From Eledone cirrhosa (Eukaryota), in the NCBI GenBank assembly GCA_964016885.1, contig OZ024759.1:20274001-20338000 (forward strand): 64,000 nucleotides of DNA. The letters run 5' to 3'. The position numbers and the translations under genes were made by a program. The notes below the pieces were generated by a model that was given only the letters and a program-made list of their open reading frames with translations, was not told the origin of the DNA and ran no database searches. Positions within the stretch are counted from its first letter, which is position 1. The number at the start of each line of letters is the position of its first letter. Below are positions 35,084-46,611 of this stretch, piece by piece.

Positions 35084-35339
35084 CTTCCCAGTTAAATAAC
35101 ATCAATGACTGAGACTCCAAGAATAATAATTGTTTCTACTTTTGGCACAAGGCCAGCAATTACACCAGTGCATTACTGGTACTTTAACCTCAGCGAGATT
35201 TGAACTCAGACCATAAAGGGCCGTAACTCAGGGCTGCAAAGCATGGTGTCCGACCTTCTGCCAATCCACCGCCCTAATTTTGACAATCCACCGCCCTAAT
35301 TTTGACAATCAAAAATTTGAAAAAAAAATGATAAACAAC

Positions 35340-36030
35340 CTTCGGCTTCCAGGATGCATGGAGTAGTGACTCCAACGCCGGGAAATAGGGTTAGACCCGC
35401 CTTACCTAAATACAAAGTAAAAACCTACTACAGTCAGTAGGCATCTCTATCAAAACACACCCCCGTCCCACCACCTCCACCCCATCCACACCGCCCCTTT
35501 CAATGTAAAGTTATGTTGGTCCCACAACATCCAGGCCGAAACAAATGAGATCGTGTAGGTGTCACGACAAAAAAACACACAGTCCACGCTGTAAATGTGG
35601 TCGTATAGGCAACACGGTAAAAACCTCCCAGCCCCACACTGTAAATGTGGTTGGTGTTAGGAAGGGCATCCAGCTGTAGAAAACCCGCCAGACAGTCCAC
35701 GCTGTAATGTGGCCGTGTAGGCAACATGGTAAAAACCTCCCAGCCCCACACTGTAAATGTGGTTGGTGTTAGGAAGGGCATCCAGCTGTAGAAAACCCGC
35801 CAGACAGTCCACGCTGTAATGTGGCCGTGTAGGCAACATGGTAAAAACCTCCCAGCCCCACACTGTAAATGTGGTTGGTGTTAGGAAGGGCATCCAGCTG
35901 TAGAAAACCCGCCAGACAGTCCTATGCGAGCAAGACAACCACTCTTGCCTCAAGTGGGAAAACCCCCGTCCAAACCCATGCAAGCGTGGAACACGGACGC
36001 TAAACCTGATGATGATGATGATGATGATGA
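35340..36030 (+). mobile_element. RTE-tailed SINE-like element with 112-bp internal triplication
   Basis: GCCCCACACTG at 35631, 35743 and 35855; ends CCATGCAAGCGTGGAA..GGACG..(GAT)n. Confidence 0.8.
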
Positions 36031-36420
36031 ACCTCCTTTATTCCTACTTACTACATTGACATCAAGTGGGCAGCTGACTTCTACAACACAGCATGTATTT
36101 AATGTGTGGTCCCTAACAACAATATTACTCCGGTTGTGTCTTAAATTTGGGGGTCGTTTTTATTATTTTATGTTCCACCAATATTCCTTTCAGATATCAG
36201 TGTGTGTATGTATATATATATATGTGTGTGTGTGTATATATACACACACATACATATATATATACAAACATACATATATATATACACACACATACATACA
36301 TATATATACACACACACATACATACATATATATACACACATATATACGCACATACACACACCCTTATATACATTGTGTGTGTGTATATATGTATGTATGC
36401 ATATATATGTATGTGTGTGT

Positions 36421-36462
<42 letters not shown>

Positions 36463-36667
36463 GTACACATATACTCATACATACATTATGTATGTGTGTG
36501 TATACATATATATATGCACACATACACATAAATACATTATGTATGTATGTGTGTGTGTGTATACATATATATATATGTATGGACAACATACATTATATAT
36601 TATGTGTGTATACATATCATCATCATCATCACCTGTATACATATATATATATATATATATATGTATG

Positions 36668-36701
<34 letters not shown>

Positions 36702-37082
36702 AATGTATACACACACATACATACATTATGTGTGTGTAGAGTGTATGAATCTTCCCAGACACACACACAATACATCAATAACAACAAAAGCGCCAGCTGC
36801 AACAACAATAACATCACCAACAATAGTAGCAGCAACAACAACAACAACAAACACCAGCAAAAGAAGTGCTGATCTTGGCATTATAAAGCTACTGAATGAA
36901 AAATGATTTACAAGATGTTGTTGTTGTTACTATTACTATTGTTATTACTGTTGCTGCTGTTGTTGTTGTTGTTGCTGTTATTGCTGCTGTTTCTGTTATT
37001 GCTGTTGTTGTTACTCTTGTTGTTGTTCAATCCCAGGTCAACCCCTGATAGAGAAGACACACACATATATATATATATATAT

Positions 37083-37416
37083 GCACATGGCTTAGTGGTT
37101 AGAGCATTGGTCTTGCAATCGAAAGGTTGTGAGTTCAATTCTCAGACCGGGTGATGTGTTGTTTCCTTGAGCAAGACACTTTATTTCACGTTGCTCCAGT
37201 TTACTCAGCTGTAGAAATGAGATGATAGGGACTGGGGTCCCTATCATTCCACTGCAAAGTGGTCGTGGAGGTTCCACGGCAAAAAAGCACCCAGCACTCA
37301 CTGTAAATGAGGTTGGTGTTAGGAAGGGCATCCAGCTGTAGAAATCAAGCCAGAATCGGTTCCCGTCCCAGCCTTGCAAGCAGGGAAAAGTGGACGTAAA
37401 ATGATGATGATGATGA
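37083..37416 (+). mobile_element. Full-length tRNA-SINE (family 3) with RTE-like tail
   Basis: A box TGGCTTAGTGG, B box GAGTTCAATTC, body AGGAAGGGCATCCAGCTGTAGAAA, tail TTGCAAGCAGGGAAAAGTGGACGTAAAA(TGA)n. Confidence 0.85.
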
Positions 37417-37525
37417 TACATGTATAGATGTATATATACACACATACATACATGTGTATATATATTCACATACATATGTGTATGTTCATATATATATGTG
37501 TATATTCATATATATATGTGTATGC

Positions 37526-37581
<56 letters not shown>

Positions 37582-37781
37582 AGGAAAAGCGAAGTAGTTT
37601 CAGATGTTCAAGTCTTTTAATAATAATGCTGTGATTATGCTTGAACATCTGAAACTACTTCGATTTTCCTTATTCGATATTTACTCCGTCACTCCTATGT
37701 GGAATAAGTACGTTGAGTGCTTCAATTGAATTGCATCAATGTTTACCCTAAGTGTATATATATATATATATATATACATAC

Positions 37782-37940
37782 ATGGACACACTGGAAGAGG
37801 AAGACCAAGGTTAACGTATGTTGATGCCCTAAGGACAGACACTGATCTGTTGGAGACGCAGGACATGGCAGCAATAATGAGGGACAGAGACCGCTGGAGA
37901 GAACTCGTCCATGGATCTCAGGGAATTTTACCCGCCCTAG
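37782..37940 (+). mobile_element. RTE-type LINE 3' end
   Basis: [21 protein letters not shown]...RDRDRWRELV, flanked by (TA)n. Confidence 0.8.
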
Positions 37941-37990
37941 AATATATATATGTATATATATATATATATATATGTGTCTATATATATATA

Positions 37991-38025
<35 letters not shown>

Positions 38026-38042
38026 GTGTGAGTGTGTGTAAA

Positions 38043-38255
38043 CATCATCATCATCATCATCATAAGTCCGCTTTTCCTTGCTTGTAAGGGTGGCATGGAT
38101 CCTCTTCAGCACAGCATCTCTCCATTCGTCACAGTCCTTCATCATCTCCTCTGTGAGCTTCAGCTATCCTAGGTCAGCTCTCACCACCCCTGCGCATGTT
38201 TTTTTCATGGTCTTCCACTACTGCGTCTTTCTTCCATCAGGATTTCTTGGCACAA
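38043..38255 (-). mobile_element. RTE LINE 3' fragment
   Basis: Reverse-complement homolog of 27985-28190. Confidence 0.75.
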
Positions 38256-38390
38256 CATATAAACAACTGAAAGGTCCTCCCAGCCCTTTGTTTGGTAAAG
38301 GGTTTATATTTATCTAAAAACCTTTCATCATAATTTTATGTTATGAAAGAAACTTGTTCAGTTATGCTCCAGACACCAACTTCCAAATTC

Positions 38391-39478
38391 ATAGACAGTG
38401 TCTTTCATTAGAAATATGGTAATGAAAGGGTTAATGACATAGACAGTGTCTTTCATTAGAAATATGGTAATGAAAGGGTTAATGACATAGACAGTGTCTT
38501 TCATTAGAAATATGGTAATGAAAGGGTTAATGACATAGACAGTGTCTTTCATTAGAAATATGGTAATGAAAGGGTTAATGACATAGACAGTGTCTTTCAT
38601 TAGAAATATGGTAATGAAAGGGTTAATGACATAGACAGTGTCTTTCATTAGAAATATGGTAATGAAAGGGTTAATGACATAGACAGTCTTTCATTAGAAA
38701 TATGGTAATGAAAGGGTTAATGACATAGACAGTCTTTCATTAGAAATATGGTAATGAAAGGGTTAATGACATAGACAGTGTCTTTCATTAGAAATATGGT
38801 AATGAAAGGGTTAATGACATAGACAGTGTCTTTCATTAGAAATATGGTAATGAAAGGGTTAATGACATAGACAGTGTCTTTCATTAGAAATATGGTAATG
38901 AAAGGGTTAATGACATAGACAGTGTCTTTCATTAGAAATATGGTAATGAAAGGGTTAATGACATAGACAGTGTCTTTCATTAGAAATATGGTAATGAAAG
39001 GGTTAATGACATAGACAGTGTCTTTCATTAGAAATATGGTAATGAAAGGGTTAATGACATAGACAGTGTCTTTCATTAGAAATATGGTAATGAAAGGGTT
39101 AATGACATAGACAGTGTCTTTCATTAGAAATATGGTAATGAAAGGGTTAATGACATAGACAGTGTCTTTCATTAGAAATATGGTAATGAAAGGGTTAATG
39201 ACATAGACAGTGTCTTTCATTAGAAATATGGTAATGAAAGGGTTAATGACATAGACAGTGTCTTTCATTAGAAATATGGTAATGAAAGGGTTAATGACAT
39301 AGACAGTGTCTTTCATTAGAAATATGGTAATGAAAGGGTTAATGACATAGACAGTGTCTTTCATTAGAAATATGGTAATGAAAGGGTTAATGACATAGAC
39401 AGTGTCTTTCATTAGAAATATGGTAATGAAAGGGTTAATGACATAGACAGTGTCTTTCATTAGAAATATGGTAATGAA
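38391..39478. repeat. 48-bp minisatellite, ~22 near-identical copies
   Basis: Unit ATAGACAGTGTCTTTCATTAGAAATATGGTAATGAAAGGGTTAATGAC; two adjacent units carry a 2-bp deletion. Confidence 0.98.
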
Positions 39479-39519
39479 AATGTTGAAGTGAATCTTTGTC
39501 ATCTTCCAAACAATCGGTG

Positions 39520-39825
39520 GCTCTCTGACAGGTTTACAGTTGAGCCCTTAGCAGGAGAGACTTCTAGTGTCCTTGGCCCTAGGGCCACCTCCCTACTCAT
39601 CACCATAGGCGCTGAGCTGGCTTGCCACAGGTGAGCTGGCTAGCCTCACGAGATGGAATGGCTCTTCCAGCGCATCTCCCTTACCATCCTCCATTCTGTC
39701 TGCCGGGGCATTGGGGGCGGCCAGCACGTGGGACCCCGTTTGCTCATAATACAGAGAGATGGGGGAGGGCAAGAGAGATGGAGGCGATGACAGTGGGAGT
39801 TTGGCTCTTCTGTGTTAGCACACAT
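39520..39825 (+). mobile_element. CRE-like family-2 3' end
   Basis: LSDRFTVEPLAGETSSVLGPRATSLLITIGAELACHR..PHEMEWLFQRISLTIL. Confidence 0.82.
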
Positions 39826-40041
39826 CAATTCTATGTCTATGCTGCTGTTGTTTATACAGCTATCGTTCTGTCTCTGATTTATGCCAGGCCATACTGGAAG
39901 ATATGCTGTAAATTTTAATTCCGTGAAGTGACCGTTTGATATTGACAGTTACATTACTAAATCACTCCAAATCTGAGTATTTTCAAAATATATTGTAACA
40001 GATTCGTTGTGGGTTTCATTAGGAATATGGTAATGAAAGTG

Positions 40042-40690
40042 TTAACGCTTTAGCATTTAATCCGGACATATTAGGCCAGAAATCTCTCACCCCTTTCTGT
40101 TCAAACCAGCCATAACTGGCCACTCATACTTATGTTAACCCTTTAGCATTTACATTACTCTATATTTACTCTTATATTTTCACAGTAAAGGCTTTACCTC
40201 ACATAATTATCTCACATAATATTGAATCTATGAGATTTTGATGTTATTTATTTTGACAACAATACCTTAACCCTTTAATGTTCAAACCGGTCAGAATTCT
40301 CTACCTCTTTCTGTTGAAACTGGCTGTAACTGGTCGCCCAAACTGATGTTAAGGTATTGTTCTCAAAATAAATACTTTCAAAATCTCATAGATTCGATAT
40401 TATGTGAGATAATTATGTGAGGTAAACACTTTATCATGAAAATATAATAGTATTTATAGAGTTATGTGAATGCTAAAGGGTGAACATCTATATGAGTAGC
40501 CAGTTACAGCTGGTTTGAACAGAAAGAGGTGAGAGAATTCTGGATGTATAAGCCCGGTTTAAATGCTAAAGGGTTAAGGTATTGTTCTCAGATTATATAC
40601 TATCAAAATCTTGTAGATTTGATATCATGTGAAACAGTGTTTATCATAAAAAGTGTTATCAAGAAAATATTAAGGGAATATAATTTAAAA
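40042..40690. mobile_element. Three nested copies of a TTAA-flanked (piggyBac-like) MITE
   Basis: Termini TTAACCCTTTAGCAT / ATGCTAAAGGGTTAA; junctions at 40135, 40267, 40481 and 40574. Confidence 0.8.
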
Positions 40691-41029
40691 TTTTTACTGG
40701 CTTCAGTCATTAGACAGCAGCCATGCAAGTAAACCTCTGTTATTTATTCAATCATATTGACCACGGTGCTTATTGTTTTCATGTGCATTACGGATTTTAT
40801 AGGTTTTAGTTTGTCAAACTGCTAAGTTGTGTGTCACAAACACAGACATTGTAAACTGGCATGAACACACACAAATACACACACACACTCTCTCTCTCTC
40901 ACACTCACACACCATCATCATCAACAGTATTGTTTAACATCCATTCCCTCCCCCCTGCTAGCAAGTATTGGACATGTCTTCATAAACTGGTTCAGTACTT
41001 TAGTGTGGTTATTGACCTCTCAGATGGAC

Positions 41030-41057
41030 TATGTATATATGTATATATATATATATG

Positions 41058-41094
<37 letters not shown>

Positions 41095-41149
41095 ATATAT
41101 ATGAGATGTATATGTATGTATATATATATATATGAGATGTGTATGTATA

Positions 41150-41198
<49 letters not shown>

Positions 41199-41427
41199 TG
41201 TGCATGTATATATATATATATATATATGAGATGTGCATGTATATATATATATATATGAGATGTGCATGTATATATATATATATATGAGATGTGCATGTAT
41301 ATATATATATATGAGATGTGCATGTATATATATATATATGAGATGTGCATGTATATATATATATATATGAGATGTGCATGTATATATATGAGATGTGCAT
41401 GTATATATATATATATATGAGATGTGC

Positions 41428-41465
<38 letters not shown>

Positions 41466-41581
41466 TGTGTATATATATATATATATATATATATGAGATG
41501 TGCATGTGTGTGTGTGTATATATATGTGTGTATATATATATGATTTGTATATATATATATATATATTTGTGTATGTATATA

Positions 41582-41617
<36 letters not shown>

Positions 41618-41628
41618 CACATATGTAC

Positions 41629-41664
<36 letters not shown>

Positions 41665-41667
41665 ATA

Positions 41668-41720
<53 letters not shown>

Positions 41721-41747
41721 GTACATGTATATATATGTATATATATG

Positions 41748-41779
<32 letters not shown>

Positions 41780-41856
41780 TATATACGTGTATATATATGT
41801 TATATATATATGTATATATATATATGTATATATATATATGTGTGTATATATATATG

Positions 41857-41888
<32 letters not shown>

Positions 41889-42181
41889 CATATACACACA
41901 CTTGCACACACACAATCTTCAACTTTTAACATGCTCCATGATGTGTGTATGAATTTCTGTGTTTGTATATATAGACTGTATATATATATATATATATAAC
42001 TGTATGAGTGTGTATATATATATGTATGTGTATGTATGTGTATATATATGTGTGTGTGTGTATTTGTGTGTATATATGTGTGTGTATATATATATGTAAT
42101 GTATGTGTATATACAAATGTAATGTATGTGTGCGTGTATATATATGTATGTATATATATGTAATGTATGTGTGCATGTATG

Positions 42182-42219
<38 letters not shown>

Positions 42220-42269
42220 TATGTATGTATATATATATGTAATGTATGTGTATATAAAAATGTAATGTA

Positions 42270-42304
<35 letters not shown>

Positions 42305-42552
42305 GTAATGTAATGTATGTGTGCGTGTATATATATATGTATGTATGTATATATATGTAATGTATGTGTATATACAAATGTAATGTATGTGTGCATGTAT
42401 GTATATATATATATATATGTAATGTATATATATATATATGTAATGTATGTGTATATACAAATGTAATGTATGTGTGCGTGTATATATATATATGTATGTA
42501 TGTATATCTAATGTATGTGTATATACAAATGTAATGTATGTGTGCATGTATG

Positions 42553-42585
<33 letters not shown>

Positions 42586-42650
42586 ATATATGTAATGTAT
42601 GTGTATATAAAAATGTAATGTATGTGTGTGTGTATATATATATATATGCA
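41030..42650. repeat. (TA)n/(TG)n compound microsatellite with GAGATGTGCAT and TGTAATGTATG interruptions
   Basis: Direct inspection. Confidence 0.95.
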
Positions 42651-42833
42651 GAGAAAGAGGCAAGTACATATACATATATATACACATATATACACATATA
42701 TAGAAGCACCATTATATATCTAAATGTATCTATCATTTATCCATCCATCCATACAGCAACAAAAACAAAAACAATTGTTTCTATATATATATGTGTGTGT
42801 GTGTGTGTGCATATATATATATATATATACACA

Positions 42834-43140
42834 TAATTGTTTCTACTTTAGGCACAAGGCCAACAATTACCCAGTACATTACTGGTACTTTATTTTATCG
42901 ACCTCGTAAGGATGAAAGGCAAAGTTAACCTCGGCGGGATTTGGACTCAGATCATAAAGGGACGTAACTCTATGCTAGAAAGCATGGCGTCCAACCCTCT
43001 ACCGATACTGCCACACATATATACACACAATTGTTTCTACTTTAGGCACAAGGCCAGCAATCACCCAGTGCATTACCGGTACTTTATTTTATCATCCGGT
43101 ACTTTATTTTATCATCCGTAAGGATGAAAGGCAAAGTCAA
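42834..43140 (-). mobile_element. Two family-1 SINEs
   Basis: Copies at 42834-43012 and 43028-43140. Confidence 0.88.
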
Positions 43141-43488
43141 TATATATACACATAATGAAACAAAATACACTGATGTGTATATGTATGTACACACTAATAC
43201 ACACACACACACACATCCCTGTGCTGTTGGGGTTCCACTTACCTTCCACACAGGAAAGTAAGTGGAACCCCAACAGCACAAAAAAACCAGACCTTGCAAA
43301 AGGTGAGGGTGTGCTCCCCAGTCAATGGCCAGCGACCCCAACTATGGGTTTAATAGCTTCACCAACCTACAATCGGCCAAGCGTGGTGAGTACTGTTAGA
43401 CCCCTGAACATATGACCAAAACCAAACAGGATGTGGAGTTCAACCAGGGTGGGGTTCCTCCAGCATCAGTGAGAAGGATTGGATTGGT

Positions 43489-43529
<41 letters not shown>

Positions 43530-43601
43530 ATATATATATGTATATATAGTATAAGAATAAAGGAACAAAGAATCAGTGATGCATCATAACATATTTAATA
43601 A

Positions 43602-43691
43602 CATATTACATATGTTTCACTGTCGATCAGCTTGAGGAACAATCAATTATTGATCGAACCTGACTCGGGAATCAAAAGATCCTCAGATGTG
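43602..43691 (-). ncRNA. Hammerhead motif with extended stem II
   Basis: Minus strand: CACAU-CUGAGGA-U...AUCGACAG-U-GAAA-CAUAUG-UA/AUAUG. Confidence 0.55.
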
Positions 43692-43864
43692 CCTCAGTAT
43701 TTAAGCTCATCTCTGGTTTTGTGTGAATATCTCCAGTACCTTGTTTCATTTAGTACATTCTAACAATGTGGTATTCTGTGGTCCCCGCTCATTGGTTCCT
43801 TATTCATCCTAAAATTGGTTTATTTACTAATTATCTGGCACCTACACACCTATATATATACAGT

Positions 43865-44245
43865 GTAGGTGTCACGACAAAAAAACACACAGTCCACGCT
43901 GTAATGTGGCCATGTAGGTAACACGGTAAAAACCTCCCAGCCCCACACTGTAAATGTGGTTGGTGTTTGGAAGGGCATCCAGCCGTAGAAAACCCGCCAG
44001 ACGTGTAGGTGTCACGACAAAAAAAACACACAGTCCACGTTGTAATGTGGCCGTGTAGGTAACACGGTAAAAACCTCCCAGTCCACACTGTAAACGTGGT
44101 TGGTGTTAGGAAGGGCGTCCACCCATAGAAAACCCGCCAGAAAGTCCTATACGAGCAAGACAACCAAACTTGCCTCAAGTGGGAAAATTTCCGCCCAAAC
44201 CCATGCAAGCGTGGAAGATGGACGTTAAATGATGATGATGATGAT
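43865..44245 (+). mobile_element. RTE-tailed SINE-like element with internal duplication
   Basis: Same family as 35340-36030. Confidence 0.8.
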
Positions 44246-44300
44246 ATTGAAAGAGTGAAGAATAACATGGTCAACTGTACAAAAAAGGGTTTTATTTATA

Positions 44301-44408
44301 GTATTAACAATTGTTTCACTGATTAAGTTGTCTAAAAATTGCTGAACACTTGAAGCTGTGTCACTCAATTTTAAATACGATGTTAGCTTAACCAGATCAT
44401 CAGAAAGG
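44301..44408 (-). ncRNA. Hammerhead motif with long stem II
   Basis: Minus strand: CUGAUGA-U-CUGGUUAAG...CUUAAUCAG-U-GAAA-CAAUUG-UU; stem I weak. Confidence 0.5.
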
Positions 44409-45168
44409 ACTGTTAAAAACATACACAGCGTTTACAAATTCAAATATATATATGTATGTGTGTACTTTTTTTTCATGCTCAGAGTTGCTGAAGCATAGAA
44501 CAAACTATGCTTGCAACAGTTGTTAGCTGCCGAGACTCTGCATCCTTTAAAACCTCCATGCTTCCTGAAATTCACCAACAATAATATTGAATCTATGAGA
44601 TTTGGATATTATTTATTTTGAGAACAATACATTAACATCAGTATGAGTGGCTAGTGAGAAAATACTGGCCGGATAGGGCTGGTTTAAATGCTAAGGGGTG
44701 AACGAGAATTATACCATTCTTTGGCGCTACGCAGAAATACAGAAGACCCGCCTTGCCTATGTACAAAGCGAAACCTACAGTCAGTAGGCACCTCCTAACC
44801 AAATATACACCCCCATCCCACTACTCCACCCACCCCCATCAACACCACCCCTTTCTCTGTAAAGTTATGTTGGTACCACAACATCCAGTACTAAATAAAT
44901 GAGGTCGTGTAGGTGTCACGACAAAAAAACACAGTCCACGCTGTAATGTGGCCGTGTAGGTATGTGTGCGTATTTATATATATATACACACATATATACA
45001 CACATATATATATACATACACACACATATATATACATATATATACACACACACATATATATACATATATATACACACACACATATATACTATATACATAT
45101 ACTATATATATACTATACACTCACACACATATATATATACTATACACACACACACATATATATACTAT

Positions 45169-45203
<35 letters not shown>

Positions 45204-45230
45204 CTATATATATACACACACATATATATG

Positions 45231-45261
<31 letters not shown>

Positions 45262-45649
45262 GTATATCCAGCCCACACTGAAAAGTTGTCGTGTAGTAGA
45301 CATGCCAAAAAGCACCCAACCCACACAGTAAATGCAGTTGGCATTAGGAAGGGCATCCAGCTGTAGAAAACCAGCCAAAAACAGTCCTATACAAGCGATA
45401 CAATTACCCAACCCAACTTGCCTTAAATGGGACAAACCCATCTAACCCATGCTAGCGTGGAAGATAGATGTTAAACAATGATCATGATATATTATATATA
45501 TATGCATAGTATATTTGGTAATATACCGTATGTTTAATTGAAAATATTTGGAAGACCATTCATTATGAGTTTTAAAGTAGTGACTATGTCATATTATTTT
45601 TGGCAAAAACAAAGGGAGAGTGTAGTTTTATATATATATATATATATAT

Positions 45650-45838
45650 ATAGGAACCAGTAAGACTCCGACAGCTGAGCTCAAGCCGTTTCGACGGCTA
45701 ATTCAGAATTAGCCGTCGAAACGGCGTGAGCTCAGCTGTCGGGGTCTTACTGGTTCCTATTACCCACTCTAATACCCCAAGTATTGAGTACTTTGGTGCG
45801 TTATGGTCCACCTGGTTCCTTACCACATTTCCTTCGTT
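45650..45838. mobile_element. Probable Penelope-like terminal fragment with ~110-bp palindrome
   Basis: Palindrome at 45650-45760; the downstream part is homologous to 12400-12510 and, inverted, to 21140-21240 and 28205-28285. Confidence 0.55.
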
Positions 45839-45947
45839 ATATATATATATAAATATATATATATATGAGATCTTATATATATATAGTAGATCTCTTATAT
45901 ATGTATATATATAGTAGATATCTTACATGTATATATATAGTAGATCT

Positions 45948-45994
<47 letters not shown>

Positions 45995-46059
45995 AAAAAT
46001 GTGTGTGTGTATCATCATTATCATAATCATTTTACGTCCGCTTTTCTCTGCTTGCAAGG

Positions 46060-46125
<66 letters not shown>

Positions 46126-46580
46126 GTTGAAAAGGTGACACACCAGAGAGAGATATATTGTTATATATATATATATACGGTCTCTGTGTATGGGTGGGTG
46201 TTTGTGTCAAATTTATATATATTTAATGCATACACACACAGACAGGCACCAACACACACAAATACACACATAGACACACACAGACCCCAAACCAGTGTCA
46301 CTGTGACAGTAACAACAACAACAGACCTGTCCCACTTTCTCCAGTCTTCCCTCTCCTCCCCCCCTCCTCCTCATTGTTATGGTTCAACAATAATTCAAAG
46401 TGAAAGTCAATTCCAGAACATTGAACATATATAAAAACATACACACACACATGTACATACATACATGTATATACTTATACACACTCACACGCACACACAT
46501 GCACACACACATACACATGCATGCATACACAACACACAAACCTACATACAGATACACACACACAAATACATATACACACT

Positions 46581-46611
<31 letters not shown>

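Noticed and set aside
38717-39502. 261-aa ORF of 16-aa repeats
   Set aside because: A by-product of the 48-bp array. There is no synonymous variation, and the frame is broken by 2-bp deletion units.
40992-42736. Long YI/HT/CV-repeat ORFs (also 9.3, 20.6, 36, 47, 51-55 and 61-63 kb)
   Set aside because: Translations of (TA)n/(CA)n microsatellites that lack stop codons.
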